The position numbers and the translations under genes are program-made. From the NCBI GenBank assembly GCA_027487685.1, contig JAIYDC010000133.1, positions 73,325-137,324 of the forward strand: DNA of 64,000 bases, written 5' to 3'. Shown here in pieces: positions 30,799 to 41,138 of the stretch (position 1 is the first letter of the stretch; each line of letters opens with the position of its first letter). This DNA comes from Pseudomonadota bacterium (lineage in GTDB: Bacteria > Bdellovibrionota > Bacteriovoracia > Bacteriovoracales > Bacteriovoracaceae). The notes beneath the pieces are model-generated. The model did no database searches. It saw only the letters and a list, made by a program, of their open reading frames with translations, and had not been told where the DNA came from.

Positions 30799-31808
30799 TG
30801 TGGCCCCTCTGGCTGGTCTTGCTCGCCACAACTTCAGTCTTTGCTCAGAAAGACTTGGACGCCATTCGTGAACTTGAGGCAGAACTGCCGGGGGCCTTCA
30901 TCAATCCTGATCCGACGAGCGACTTCGACCGACTGAAGCGCCGCTACTGGCCACCCAAAAGGGTTATCCAGCTTGAAAAAATTTCTCAATCTCCGGTGGT
31001 CTACGGTGCGATCCGTAAGGGCGCCTATATCCGAAACCTCGCAACGAATGAAAACCATCAGGTGACCAGACCCATGTACGTGAAGTTCTACGGCTTGGAG
31101 GATGAGAACCAATTTAAATACATCATCGATAAAAATGGCGAGGTCGGCTGGCGCGTGCGCAGCCGCTACGTCGAGCCCATCCAGGCGGAACTAGCACTCT
31201 ATGTCCCACCGTTAACCTACACTCCGGCCCCGACGAACCTGGTCCGAACAATCTATGACCGCAAACTTACCGTGCCTCCCGAGGTCAGCTACTACGCGGG
31301 TCGGGCCCAGGGCGACTATATGACTGACCTTTTCGAGGACCGCACCGCTCGCGCTGGAACTAGTACCCAGTACGGAGTCCACTTTTTCACTCAATGGAAA
31401 CTTCCGCTCAAGGCCGGTGTCGTCCTCCACTATGAGCGCACCTCTTATAACCTCCAAGATGGCGGAAGGGTGCTCTATTCAGCACCCTCAATTGGTCCAC
31501 AGCTCAAGACACGTGACTTCGATTTCTTTGGCAGAGCACTCCGGTTTCAGACGCACTTTCGCATAAGCCCCTTTGCTCGTGCCACAGCAGATACGATCTA
31601 TGGCTCCGGAACTTTCAAGTTCAACTCAACAGATGTTCTGGGGTCACTTGAAATGCCGGTGAAAAACCGCTTCGGCGAATTTGTCTTCGGGCTCTATTTC
31701 CAATCCCAGTGGTTGAACCTACGTGATCAACAAATGCCCGTGGACTTGCGCGCCGCCAATCAAACCAATAAGTCCTGGGGTCTCTCCCTGGCGCAGGTAT
31801 TTCAGTGA
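30798..31808 (+). CDS. Exported protein, probable C-terminal beta-barrel
   Basis: Signal peptide MWPLWLVLLATTSVFA; alternating beta strands; start trimmed to TGATG overlap. Confidence 0.55.
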   Translation: MWPLWLVLLATTSVFAQKDLDAIRELEAELPGAFINPDPTSDFDRLKRRYWPPKRVIQLEKISQSPVVYGAIRKGAYIRNLATNENHQVTRPMYVKFYGLEDENQFKYIIDKNGEVGWRVRSRYVEPIQAELALYVPPLTYTPAPTNLVRTIYDRKLTVPPEVSYYAGRAQGDYMTDLFEDRTARAGTSTQYGVHFFTQWKLPLKAGVVLHYERTSYNLQDGGRVLYSAPSIGPQLKTRDFDFFGRALRFQTHFRISPFARATADTIYGSGTFKFNSTDVLGSLEMPVKNRFGEFVFGLYFQSQWLNLRDQQMPVDLRAANQTNKSWGLSLAQVFQ

Positions 31809-32902
31809 AGCTTTTTGCTGCACTCTTTTTTGTTCTTACCCTAGGGAATGCTTACGCGCTCGAGGCGGTAGTGACCGTGCTTGAAACGCCGATGCTGAGG
31901 TTCAGAAGCTATGAATCCCCAGTGGTACAGTACTTGCGAAAAGGAGACGTGATAAAGATCCATCCGTCGGTGGCCAATGATCCGGAGATGAATAAGTACG
32001 CGCCGGCACAGGAGAAGCTAGCGAAGGTCCGTGAGGCGCAGAAGGCGACACCCGAGTACAATGAGGATAAGCTTTTCCGCGGAGAAGAAGAGAATACCTT
32101 TTTCGCCGATGATGAGTTCATCCCAGTCGTCGATCGGCTTGGGAACCGTGCCTACATCATCTCTCGTCACATCTACATATACTTTAACGATGCACGGGAA
32201 CTCGATCAGACCATCACCTCCGCAGATCCTACGGATTACCGGCTCGAAGAGCCGCTTCCGAGAAAATATCCCCTGAAGTCTCTCACCGGGATTCGGGGTC
32301 AGCTGCTTCTTGGAATCACGCAACCGAACTATGAGAGTTACAATTATCGGCAAGGCTTTAGAACCAAGGGCTATTCAAGCCCTCTGGAACTGAACTACAC
32401 CCTCTTAAAGCAAGCTCCGGGAGACTACCGCGAAAAACTCTTCATAGGCGCAACGGCCGCATTCCGGCAGTTCCAGAACTCGTACACCTTCCTGGGCGGA
32501 CGTCTGTCCGAAGAGCTTGGCTTCCGTTTCGGCCTGGGCCCAACCATCAGCTACGAGGCCTTCAAGACCCCTAAGGATCGACTCAACATCTCAGGAACAA
32601 TCATCGTTAACTTCTTTGATCGCATTTATATCCAGCAGAAGCTGGATACACGCCGAGAGGATCGGGAATATGTCGGCTACTCTGTCTCCCCTCGGGTTGC
32701 CCTGCAGTACCACCGGAAGCAGATCTACGATTCTTTGGACTTCGTGATTGGCACCTTCTTCGAGGTCACGCCACCCACCACCTACCGTTCTCAAGGTCGC
32801 GGGCTAGATAGGGAATGGTGGGAAAAAGTCGGTAAGGATAGCTTCAGCACCAATACGGCCTTTACTCTCGGTGGCTATTTGGGAATCCAGTCGACGTACT
32901 AA
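31805..32902 (+). CDS. Exported protein with SH3-like N-terminus and probable beta-barrel
   Basis: Signal peptide ending AYA; VVQYLRKGDVIKI; ends LGGYLGIQSTY. Confidence 0.55.
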   Translation: MKLFAALFFVLTLGNAYALEAVVTVLETPMLRFRSYESPVVQYLRKGDVIKIHPSVANDPEMNKYAPAQEKLAKVREAQKATPEYNEDKLFRGEEENTFFADDEFIPVVDRLGNRAYIISRHIYIYFNDARELDQTITSADPTDYRLEEPLPRKYPLKSLTGIRGQLLLGITQPNYESYNYRQGFRTKGYSSPLELNYTLLKQAPGDYREKLFIGATAAFRQFQNSYTFLGGRLSEELGFRFGLGPTISYEAFKTPKDRLNISGTIIVNFFDRIYIQQKLDTRREDREYVGYSVSPRVALQYHRKQIYDSLDFVIGTFFEVTPPTTYRSQGRGLDREWWEKVGKDSFSTNTAFTLGGYLGIQSTY

Positions 32903-32950
32903 AGAGCTCAGGAATTGAAGATTTTTTTTTCGCCCTTTCAAAAAAATGCC

Positions 32951-32977
32951 TAAAGTTTTTACGGCCCCCGTCGATCA
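32951..32977 (+). promoter_or_regulatory. sigma28 (FliA)-type promoter TAAAGTTT-N11-GTCGATCA
   Basis: Perfect extended -35 TAAAGTTT, exact spacing, -10 6/8 to GCCGATAA. Confidence 0.75.
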
Positions 32978-33031
32978 GAGAGATACAGACTTACAGGACG
33001 TGAGTCCCTTAGAAGAAACCACGGAGGGTTT

Positions 33032-33274
33032 ATGACAACTTCAAGAACCGAGAAAAACACTAACACCGTCAAGAGCAGCGTCAAAGACGTTCTCTTCCAG
33101 AAGATCGGGAACACCTGGTTCATCTTCTCCGAAGTGAATAACGAAGTCGTCTACTCGGTCATGCCCCAGGGGATGGATCCGAAGACTACGAAGCTCGAGC
33201 TCTTCGAAATCATCGAAGAGCACATGACCAAGATCGCCGCTAATAAGCGCCGGTCACCGGAAGCAGCCGCCTAG
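33032..33274 (+). CDS. Hypothetical 80-aa protein
   Basis: Strong GGAGG SD; downstream of sigma28 motif. Confidence 0.75.
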   Translation: MTTSRTEKNTNTVKSSVKDVLFQKIGNTWFIFSEVNNEVVYSVMPQGMDPKTTKLELFEIIEEHMTKIAANKRRSPEAAA

Positions 33275-33276
33275 CC

Positions 33277-33453
33277 ATGGCCGTTCCAAAAATCGTCTGG
33301 GAGGCATCCAGGAAGGACGCTTCCCAGCAGGATAAAAAAGCAATTGAGGCGCTCCGAGAGCGCCTCAATAAAAAGATTCAAAGTGATCCGCAGATGGCCA
33401 AAAAAGCCGCGCTGGTGATCGAAGCGTGGCTCCGTACGAGTTCTAAGCCTTAA
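33277..33453 (+). CDS. Unannotated 58-aa protein resembling the FliF C-terminal helix
   Basis: Manual translation MAVPKIVWEASRKDASQQDKKAIEALRERLNKKIQSDPQMAKKAALVIEAWLRTSSKP; starts 2 nt after the previous stop; below ORF-track cutoff. Confidence 0.6.
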   Translation: MAVPKIVWEASRKDASQQDKKAIEALRERLNKKIQSDPQMAKKAALVIEAWLRTSSKP

Positions 33454-34555
33454 ATCCATTGACGGTAGTCACGACGTAGTCAACTTCTTCGGTGGTCATG
33501 TAAGCAAAGCACGGAAGGTTAATGATCGACTTCGCAATCCACTCAGCATGGCCATGGGAGATCTTCCCGCCGATGTGAGCGTCTGCACCCGGCTGAGCAC
33601 TCATCGCACCAGGGTAAACCGTGCCGTAACCGATGTCGTGCTTCTTCAGGTACTCGATTAAAGCAGGTCTTGACTCGGGGGTCATAAGCGCTACTGAAAG
33701 GTAGCCGTTTTCCCAGACTCCAGCGGCCGGTGCCAGGAACTTGAGCGCCGGGTTCCGGATCCGGTCCCGGTAGGCCTGGCAAATCTTCCTGCGACTCTCA
33801 ATCCGAGCATCCAGGTGTTTCAAGGCCTCAACCATGAAAGCAGCTTCATAGGCCCCGAGCCGCGAGTTCCAGCCAATCATGCCATGGTCATAATGGCCAG
33901 TGCGGCCATGGTTTAAAAGTATCCGTGCTTTGTCTGCAACCGCCTGATCGGCCGTAAAAATTGCGCCGGCGTCGCCACTAGCACCTAGAACTTTGGCCGG
34001 ATAGAAACTTGTGGTCGCGACCTGGGCCTTACCGAGGAGACTCTCGCCATTAAGTTTCACTGCAATCGCTTGCGCACCATCTTCAATGACGAGGACATTT
34101 CTTTCTCGGCAATAATTGCGAATCTCAGTTGTTTCAGGACAGGCCCAGCCGTAAAGATGGACTAGAATAAGTGCCTTAGGATTAAACTTCTCGATCCCTT
34201 CTTTAACGGAGGCGAGTGTGAGATGCAGAGTCTCGCGAGAGACGTCAATGGTATAAGGAACAGCACCGACGTTGACGACTGACTCAAAGGTTGCCCAGAA
34301 AGTCATATCAGGAATAAGAACGGTATCATTCTTTTCTACCCCTGCAGCACGAAGAGCGACCTGGATAGCGTCGGTGCCGTTGGCGCAGCCTAAAGCGAAC
34401 GCTGTTTTCGTATAGTCCCTGATGGCGGTTTCGAATTGACCGACAACTGGCCCGCCAACAAAGTGGCCGTTCTTTATGAGCTCCGCGGCTTTCGCGGTGA
34501 CTGTTTCGTAGAATCCGCTTTCATAACGGAGGATATCGATGAATGGAACTTTCAT
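33443..34555 (-). CDS. DegT/DnrJ/EryC1/StrS nucleotide-sugar aminotransferase
   Basis: ANGTDAIQVAL, IEDGAQA, SFYPAKVLGASGDAG, GWNSRL, NLPCF. Confidence 0.92.
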   Translation of the reverse strand: MKVPFIDILRYESGFYETVTAKAAELIKNGHFVGGPVVGQFETAIRDYTKTAFALGCANGTDAIQVALRAAGVEKNDTVLIPDMTFWATFESVVNVGAVPYTIDVSRETLHLTLASVKEGIEKFNPKALILVHLYGWACPETTEIRNYCRERNVLVIEDGAQAIAVKLNGESLLGKAQVATTSFYPAKVLGASGDAGAIFTADQAVADKARILLNHGRTGHYDHGMIGWNSRLGAYEAAFMVEALKHLDARIESRRKICQAYRDRIRNPALKFLAPAAGVWENGYLSVALMTPESRPALIEYLKKHDIGYGTVYPGAMSAQPGADAHIGGKISHGHAEWIAKSIINLPCFAYMTTEEVDYVVTTVNGFKA

Positions 34556-34689
34556 TTGGAACTCTCTCTAGTTTGATTTAGAAATTTTTACTCGAGTTTA
34601 CTTAACTTTGTGAGGGTCGTCGAGTAAAAGGCCGATCGCACCCAAAGTGAAACCCTCAAAAAGCAGGTAGGATGTGAGGGTCAATAGAT

Positions 34690-34727
34690 GCGATGCCTGA
34701 TCAACTGGCTCAGGCAATTGCTTTTTT
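34690..34727 (+). terminator. Intrinsic terminator-like hairpin in the region upstream of flagellin
   Basis: GCGAT-GCCTGA / TCAGGC-A-ATTGC stem followed by T6 at 34722-34727. Confidence 0.55.
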
Positions 34728-34952
34728 CTCGAGTCTTAGCCTCCAAAAGCAACTATCAGCCTCTGAAAATACCTTAATAATCCGGAAAAAAATTCCTCAT
34801 ATTCCTAGAAATCACACCGAAACGCTAAGTCAAGAAAGCTTCATCATGGTGATGAAGCGATAAAAAAAATGGGCATGGTTGCCTAATGATGAGGCCGAAC
34901 ACTTCATCATCTAAAACGGAGGTTGGTATGAATTTTAGCGGAGGATAAGTCT

Positions 34953-35786
34953 ATGGGTTTCAGAATTAACACTAACGTGGCATCACTTCAGGCGCAAACT
35001 TCACTTAACAAGGTGAACAAGGAATCGCAGGAAAGCTTCTCGAAGCTTGCTTCCGGCTCCCGAATCACCAAAGCAGCGGACGATGCGGCAGGTTTAGCGA
35101 TCTCGGAGAAGTTAAAAGCCGAGATCAGGTCATCGCAACAGGCGAATAGGAACGCAAACGATGGTGTCTCGATGGTACAAGTAGCTGAGGGTGGACTTAA
35201 CGAAACGTCGAACATCCTGACGCGAATGCGCGAGCTTGCAATCCAGTCATCTTCCGACACTGTCGGAGATTCGGAGCGCGGCATGGCAAACCTCGAGTAC
35301 CAGGCGCTCAAGCAAGAAATGGATCGTATTTCCCAGGTGACTCAGTTCAACGGGAAAAAGCTCCTTAATGGCGAAGGCGAAAAGTACGAGTTCCAGGTAG
35401 GCACAGGCGGCGAGGAGTTCGAAAACCGGATCGGTTTCGATGCAGAACAACTGGGCTCCGGCACAGAGGCGCTAGGAGTCGATTCGATCGAGATTGCTTC
35501 GAAGGAAGGCGCTCAGGATTCCCTCGCATCACTCGATAGTGCGATCGAAAAGGTTTCAGGTCAGCGTTCGATGCTTGGTTCTATCCAGAACCGACTCGTG
35601 TCGACGACGAATAACTTGCAGACGTACACAGAGAATATGAGTGCTGCCAATAGTCGGATCCGTGACGCCGACTATGCGGATGAAACCGCGAAGCAGGCAC
35701 GGAACCAGATCATTAGCGCGGCGGGTACTTCGGTCCTTGCTCAGGCCAACATGAATGGTCAAAATGCTCTGAAGCTGATCGGCTAA
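34953..35786 (+). CDS. fliC: Flagellin, short (277 aa)
   Basis: RINTNVASL, LASGSRITKAADDAAGLAISEK, NANDGVS, SRIRDADYA, SVLAQAN; GGAGGA SD. Confidence 0.97.
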   Translation: MGFRINTNVASLQAQTSLNKVNKESQESFSKLASGSRITKAADDAAGLAISEKLKAEIRSSQQANRNANDGVSMVQVAEGGLNETSNILTRMRELAIQSSSDTVGDSERGMANLEYQALKQEMDRISQVTQFNGKKLLNGEGEKYEFQVGTGGEEFENRIGFDAEQLGSGTEALGVDSIEIASKEGAQDSLASLDSAIEKVSGQRSMLGSIQNRLVSTTNNLQTYTENMSAANSRIRDADYADETAKQARNQIISAAGTSVLAQANMNGQNALKLIG

Positions 35787-35809
35787 GACGTTAGAATCTG
35801 ACAAACGAG

Positions 35810-35838
35810 GGCCCTCCCTTTTGGGGAGGGCCTTTTTT
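35810..35838 (+). terminator. Rho-independent terminator of fliC
   Basis: GGCCCTCCC-TTTT-GGGGAGGGCC followed by T-run. Confidence 0.85.
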
Positions 35839-35877
35839 ATTTTACTGCAACGTGTTTTTTTGTTATTTCCCCCTCTT

Positions 35878-36591
35878 ATGACTACCGAGAAATTGAAGAA
35901 GACCATCGACGATAACTTCTGCTATCGCCCTGATTTCAAATACACTCACGATAATCCTTACCACGATAAACTCGAGGTCTTCGATTCATTCGTTCTTCGG
36001 GACGAGGAAGCAGAGGTGAACGTCGGGAAGTGGAGTGATCTTTTTAAGAACGATAAACCCCTCGAGGTTGAAATCGGTACCGGCTACGGCGAATTCATGC
36101 TGGAGTACTGCCAGAAGTACCCAGACGTAAACTTCATCGGTCTTGACCACCGCTTCAAGCGAAGTTTTTCCCTGGCCAAGAAACTCGATAAACTGGAACA
36201 CCGAAACTTCCGGTATCTGCGTGCACGGGGCGAGAGGCTCGAGTTCATGTTCGCTGAGAATGAGGTCCAGTCTGTGTTCTACTTTTTCCCCGACCCATGG
36301 CCTAAAACTCGGCATCATAAAAAGCGTCTGTTCCAAAAACCGTTTCTAAACGCCTGTCACAAAGTTCTCAAACCTGGCGGAACTCTTTTTGTGAAGACAG
36401 ATCACGATGGTTACTTCGAGTCGATGCTCGCCCAGATCGAGGGAGATGAGCGATTCGAAGTTCTTCTGACCTCATGGGACCTTCGCCGGGAGCAACCGGA
36501 GCATTTCCTCTCGCAGTTTACAACGAAGTTTGAGAAGATCTTTCTTTCTCAAGGAACACTCATCAAGTCGCTCGTGCTAAGAAAACGCTAA
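35878..36591 (+). CDS. trmB: tRNA (guanine-N7)-methyltransferase
   Basis: EVEIGTGYGEF, FPDPWPKTRHHKKRL, KTDH, TTKFE; start trimmed past the fliC terminator. Confidence 0.93.
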   Translation: MTTEKLKKTIDDNFCYRPDFKYTHDNPYHDKLEVFDSFVLRDEEAEVNVGKWSDLFKNDKPLEVEIGTGYGEFMLEYCQKYPDVNFIGLDHRFKRSFSLAKKLDKLEHRNFRYLRARGERLEFMFAENEVQSVFYFFPDPWPKTRHHKKRLFQKPFLNACHKVLKPGGTLFVKTDHDGYFESMLAQIEGDERFEVLLTSWDLRREQPEHFLSQFTTKFEKIFLSQGTLIKSLVLRKR

Positions 36592-36600
36592 GGATCGGTC

Positions 36601-38475
36601 GTGGCCTACGAACAGCTGAAAGACCGGATAAAGGAATCACCAGTCTCGTTGGTCATTTCCCATTACCTCTCCCTCGTCAAGCGCGGCACTGCTCTCGAGG
36701 CCATCTGTCCGTTTCATAACGACACCAAACCTTCATTGAAAGTTAACGACGCCAAGGGAATGTACAAGTGCTTCGCCTGTGGCGCCGGCGGTGACGCCAT
36801 CACGTTCGTTATGAACTTTAAGAAGCTAGAGTTCGTGGAGGCGCTCCGCGAGATCTCAGGTGTACTAGGTCTGCCGTTTGAGGAGCAGAAAGAAAAGCGC
36901 AAAAACCCCAAGGTTGAGATGGCGTTTCGCGTCCTGAACGCATCGATGAAAATCTACCGAAAAGTCGCTGACCAGGACCCCAAGACTTTCACTGACTTCC
37001 TCGATAAAAGGAAACTCTCTGGAGAAACAGTCGAAAAATGGCAGATAGGCTACGCCCCACGAAATAACGTCCTGCTTAATTACCTGGACTCGCTTCCGGG
37101 TGCCGACGGCCAGTTAGCACGGGAAGTGGCGCTAGAGATCAAGATTGTTCGTTATAACGAAGACCGCAATTCTCACTATGATTTTTTCCGGGATCGGGTC
37201 ATGTTTCCGATTCACGATCACGGAGGCCAGGTTCGAGGCTATAGCGGCAGGACGGTGCTCCCCGACCAGCCACAAAAATATATGAACTCGTTTGAATCCT
37301 TTGTTTTCGACAAGGGAGGCATCCTCTTTGGCTTTTTCTTCGCTAAGAACCCGATCAGGCAAGCGGACCGGGCGATCCTGGTTGAGGGAAACATCGACGT
37401 CATCACCATGCACCAGTTCGGCTTCTCTGAAACTGTGGGGACCATGGGGACCGCTCTCTCAGATACCTCCGTGAGACTCCTTTCCAATTTGACGAAGCAC
37501 ATCTACCTGGGCCTTGACTCAGATGCCGCTGGCAAAAAAGCAATGCACCGAATCAATGCCGATTTCCTCGCACACGGAGTCCTCCCCCGCTACCTCACCT
37601 TTGATCCTCATAAAGACCCGGACGAATTTCTGGTTAAAGAAGGCCGGCTTGCCCTAATGGAGCGGATTGAGAAGGCCCCCATCTACCTGGACGTCCTGAT
37701 TCTGGAGCAATTCCCTGAGAAAATTCCTGAGAACACGGACGTCAAACTCAATATTTTGCAGCAAGTCTTTGCCGTGGTTTCGCCCTTGAAAGAACACCTT
37801 TCTGCCACAGAAAGGGTGGTCAATGCGGCCAAAAGCTTAAACCTTCGCTCGGACCCCGCCACCATTCTAGAGGGATATAAGGAGTTTCTAAGCCGCCAAA
37901 AAGAAAAGCTTCCTCCTCGTGACGAGAGACCGAAAATCGCGGCCATTGAAGAAAACCTTCAAACAGAGCTCGAAGAGGCCCGGAACTTGCAGGTAGAGGG
38001 AGTGAGTCAAGTGCTCGTGCCGCCGTCGAAAAGTGAAAGGCTCGTCTTAAAAGAAATTCTCTGTCATCCCGAGTTCTTGACGCACTTAAAAGTAGACGAT
38101 TTTCTTGCCACTATCGGACATGATGAGGTAAAAAGACTAATTCAATGGCTCGTTAAAATTTATTTGGAAATTGACGATGCAGAATACGTGTCCATAGTAC
38201 AGGATGAACTTCAGTACGGAGGCTACAGTAAGAGCATCATCGAGATTGGGACGGAAGCCCTTTTCCAGTACGGAAACAAGTACAACGAGAAAGTGATTCA
38301 AAGAATGCTTAAGGACTACCTTCTCATGCTGAGAATGGACCAACTTAAGCTGAAACGCAAGGAGCTTGTGGAGAATCAGAGGACCAGTCTTTTACAGTTC
38401 GAGGTCGATGCGATCCTCAGTGAGATCGCGAAGCTAGATAAAGAGATTTTACATCTCAAAAATACGGATTCCTAA
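36601..38475 (+). CDS. dnaG: DNA primase
   Basis: [14 protein letters not shown] zinc finger, RVMFPI, KYMNS, EGNIDV, DSDAAG, KDPDEF. Confidence 0.96.
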   Translation: MAYEQLKDRIKESPVSLVISHYLSLVKRGTALEAICPFHNDTKPSLKVNDAKGMYKCFACGAGGDAITFVMNFKKLEFVEALREISGVLGLPFEEQKEKRKNPKVEMAFRVLNASMKIYRKVADQDPKTFTDFLDKRKLSGETVEKWQIGYAPRNNVLLNYLDSLPGADGQLAREVALEIKIVRYNEDRNSHYDFFRDRVMFPIHDHGGQVRGYSGRTVLPDQPQKYMNSFESFVFDKGGILFGFFFAKNPIRQADRAILVEGNIDVITMHQFGFSETVGTMGTALSDTSVRLLSNLTKHIYLGLDSDAAGKKAMHRINADFLAHGVLPRYLTFDPHKDPDEFLVKEGRLALMERIEKAPIYLDVLILEQFPEKIPENTDVKLNILQQVFAVVSPLKEHLSATERVVNAAKSLNLRSDPATILEGYKEFLSRQKEKLPPRDERPKIAAIEENLQTELEEARNLQVEGVSQVLVPPSKSERLVLKEILCHPEFLTHLKVDDFLATIGHDEVKRLIQWLVKIYLEIDDAEYVSIVQDELQYGGYSKSIIEIGTEALFQYGNKYNEKVIQRMLKDYLLMLRMDQLKLKRKELVENQRTSLLQFEVDAILSEIAKLDKEILHLKNTDS

Positions 38476-38491
38476 GTTCCTAGGAGACACT

Positions 38492-40231
38492 ATGTCAGTC
38501 GTTATCGCTTTTTTAAATTCGCGCGAATTCTCCCGGCTCGTCATGAAGGGCAAGGACCAGAGTTACTTGACTCCCGAGGAGATCAACGACGCGATCCCGG
38601 CGAACATCGTCGACCCCGCCTCCCTTGATCAGATCATGGAGAAGGTCGAGGAGGCCCGCATTCAGGTTAAAACTCCTGACCTCGACGAAGAAGAAGCCGA
38701 CAAGGCCAACACCGAAGTCGCAGAAGATCCACTTTCACACGACGAAGAAGCCGAACTGCGCGCCAGCTCAAGTGACCCAGTCAAGCTCTACCTCAAAAAG
38801 ATGGGCTCCGTCGCCCTCCTCACCCGCGAAGGCGAAGTTAAGATCGCTAAGGAAATTGAGGAAGGTGAGAAGGAAATCGTCCTCTCATGCCTGAAGTCGA
38901 AGCACGCTCTCGAAGAGATCGTGAAGCTCAAAAACAGGATCGTCCAGGCAGAAGAGCAGAATGAGTTCGTCAAAGACCTCGTCCGTGGCCTTGATGACGA
39001 ATCCACCGAGAAAGAAATCCACGATACCCGCGACCGGATCTATGCCGTCGTTGAGCACGTGAAAGACCTGCTCACAAAGATCGTTAACGAGGATGGCACA
39101 CTCCAGAAGCTCGACCTCGATGAGCAGAAAATGATGACGAAGTCCGGCGACGAGCTCGTGGACCTGACGTTTAACCGGAAGATCATCAACTCTTTCACTG
39201 AACCAGTGAAGTCTTACTTCCTCCAGTTCCGCGAGCTCTATGAGCAGCAGGAGCGGATCTACAAGTTCCTTGAAGTCAGGACCGATGATGAATACAAAGT
39301 TCTCTATGACCGCTTGATGGAAGACGATGGGTTTAAGCGCGAACTCGCGCGGAACCTTTTCACCACCGATGCTAAGATTGAACAGATGGTTCGGACTCAA
39401 GAAGATATCCTCCGAAAGCTTCGCCGCCTGGCGATCGACGCGGGCATGGCCTTCGAGGACATCCTTTCGGTCTATAACATCATCATTACCGGTGAGGAGA
39501 AGGCGGATAAGGCGAAGTCTCAACTTGTTGAAGCGAACCTTCGCCTCGTGGTCTCAATTTCTAAGAAATACACCAATCGGGGTCTTCAGTTCTTGGATTT
39601 GATCCAGGAAGGGAACATCGGTCTTATGAAGGCCGTGGATAAGTTCGAGTACCGTCGCGGTTATAAGTTCTCGACCTATGCTACATGGTGGATCAGACAG
39701 GCCATCACCCGGGCCATCGCCGACCAAGGTCGTACGATCCGAATTCCAGTTCACATGATCGAGACGATCAATAAGCTCGCGAGAACTTCTCGGCAGCTGA
39801 TTCAGGAACTAGGCCGTGAGCCAACTCCGGAAGAGATCGCCGAAAAAATGGAACTATCTGTGGATAAGGTGAAGAAGGTCTTCAAGATCTCCAAAGAGCC
39901 TATCTCCCTTGAAACCCCGATCGGAGAAGAAGAAGACTCTTCACTCGGGGACTTCATCGAAGATAAGAAAATCATCTCACCAGCTGACGCTGTCATGAGT
40001 GTCACACTTTCAGAGCAAACCCGTTCTGTGCTTTCGACGCTCACTCCACGGGAAGAAAAAGTCCTTCGGATGCGCTTCGGAATTGGCGAAAAGTCCGACC
40101 ACACCCTTGAGGAAGTGGGCCAGGATTTCTTTGTCACTCGAGAGCGAATCCGGCAGATCGAGGCGAAGGCGCTTCGGAAGCTCCGGCATCCGTCGCGGGC
40201 GAAGCTTCTGAAGAGCTACCTGGACAACTAA
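38492..40231 (+). CDS. rpoD: RNA polymerase primary sigma factor
   Basis: [90 protein letters not shown]. Confidence 0.97.
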   Translation: MSVVIAFLNSREFSRLVMKGKDQSYLTPEEINDAIPANIVDPASLDQIMEKVEEARIQVKTPDLDEEEADKANTEVAEDPLSHDEEAELRASSSDPVKLYLKKMGSVALLTREGEVKIAKEIEEGEKEIVLSCLKSKHALEEIVKLKNRIVQAEEQNEFVKDLVRGLDDESTEKEIHDTRDRIYAVVEHVKDLLTKIVNEDGTLQKLDLDEQKMMTKSGDELVDLTFNRKIINSFTEPVKSYFLQFRELYEQQERIYKFLEVRTDDEYKVLYDRLMEDDGFKRELARNLFTTDAKIEQMVRTQEDILRKLRRLAIDAGMAFEDILSVYNIIITGEEKADKAKSQLVEANLRLVVSISKKYTNRGLQFLDLIQEGNIGLMKAVDKFEYRRGYKFSTYATWWIRQAITRAIADQGRTIRIPVHMIETINKLARTSRQLIQELGREPTPEEIAEKMELSVDKVKKVFKISKEPISLETPIGEEEDSSLGDFIEDKKIISPADAVMSVTLSEQTRSVLSTLTPREEKVLRMRFGIGEKSDHTLEEVGQDFFVTRERIRQIEAKALRKLRHPSRAKLLKSYLDN

Positions 40232-40237
40232 GCATTC

Positions 40238-40270
40238 AAAAAAAGCCGCTGTAGATAGCGGCTTTTTTTT
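40238..40270. terminator. Bidirectional terminator
   Basis: A7-GCCGCT-GTAGAT-AGCGGC-T8 between convergent genes. Confidence 0.9.
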
Positions 40271-40286
40271 AGCGTCTTGGCTTTGG

Positions 40287-41138
40287 CTAGAACTGGTAAT
40301 TCGCACCTAAAACAAAGTTGAAGCCATCGTAGCTGTCGATCTGCCCTGAGAGCGTTTTAACGCTCACCGAGTCGACTCCGGCACGGAGAAGAAGATCTGA
40401 TGAAATGAGATGCTGGTATTCAATGCCTGCCTGATAAGTAGTCGAGGACGCTATCTTAGTCGATTCGTCGTCCTCGTAGCCTCCGGCGAAGTTGATCAAG
40501 ATGCTCGAACGCAGGAATGACTTCTCCGCTAATTTATTGAGAACCTCGCCTCTAAAAAGGAACGAGTTATGCGCGTCCTGATCGACCGGGCCATCATCGT
40601 CTTTTACGGTTGATTTTAAGTAATGACTCCAAAGGCCAGTGATGGCCCACTGGTAGTCCCCATGCTTTTTCCCATGTTGTGTGCCCACGAAAACGGAGTG
40701 ACCGCCCTGGAGATTATTATTTTTTCTATCCGAATCAACTTCGGCGTCACCCCGACTGATCGTCGCGCCGCCGAGAAGATCCCAGCGGTAGGTCTCATCC
40801 ATTAAACGATAACGAGAGGTAATCGTAGGATCGGAAACGCCTTTTGCGGCGTCGGATTTCGCACCGCCGTCGACGTCCCTGGAGAGATGCGAATAGTTCA
40901 GGCTGGCCTCAAGGGATACCTGATCACTCATAGCATGGCCAACTGCTTGCCAGATCTGGTATCCTGATAAGTTTGTATCCTGATTTGATGTTTCTAGCGT
41001 CCGGTCAATGAAAGAGATCGTCGAGACCCCGTATGTCCTTCCTGCTTTCGGTAGATACTGGAGATCGTAGATCGCCCGGTCGGCGGCTTGGGAGACGCCG
41101 GAGGCTGCAAGGACTGCGAGAGCAAGGAAGCGTTTCAT
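40287..41138 (-). CDS. Outer-membrane beta-barrel protein
   Basis: Signal peptide ending SQA; amphipathic strands; C-terminal FVLGANYQF. Confidence 0.7.
   Translation of the reverse strand: MKRFLALAVLAASGVSQAADRAIYDLQYLPKAGRTYGVSTISFIDRTLETSNQDTNLSGYQIWQAVGHAMSDQVSLEASLNYSHLSRDVDGGAKSDAAKGVSDPTITSRYRLMDETYRWDLLGGATISRGDAEVDSDRKNNNLQGGHSVFVGTQHGKKHGDYQWAITGLWSHYLKSTVKDDDGPVDQDAHNSFLFRGEVLNKLAEKSFLRSSILINFAGGYEDDESTKIASSTTYQAGIEYQHLISSDLLLRAGVDSVSVKTLSGQIDSYDGFNFVLGANYQF

Noticed and set aside
31864-31871. GGCGGTAG ops/JUMPstart-like words (also near 50885)
   Set aside because: Inside coding sequence or on the wrong strand, not in glycan operon leaders.
34706-34721. sigma54 promoter for fliC (TGGCTCAGGCAATTGC)
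   Set aside because: GG-to-GC spacing is 11 nt rather than the strict 10; the sequence is better explained as a hairpin. No convincing sigma28 motif for fliC either.
38885-39523. Long antisense ORFs (e.g. opposite rpoD, SNF2, 52022-52843, 61517-62104, 53000-53401)
   Set aside because: Shadow frames of well-supported genes; no motifs or translation signals.
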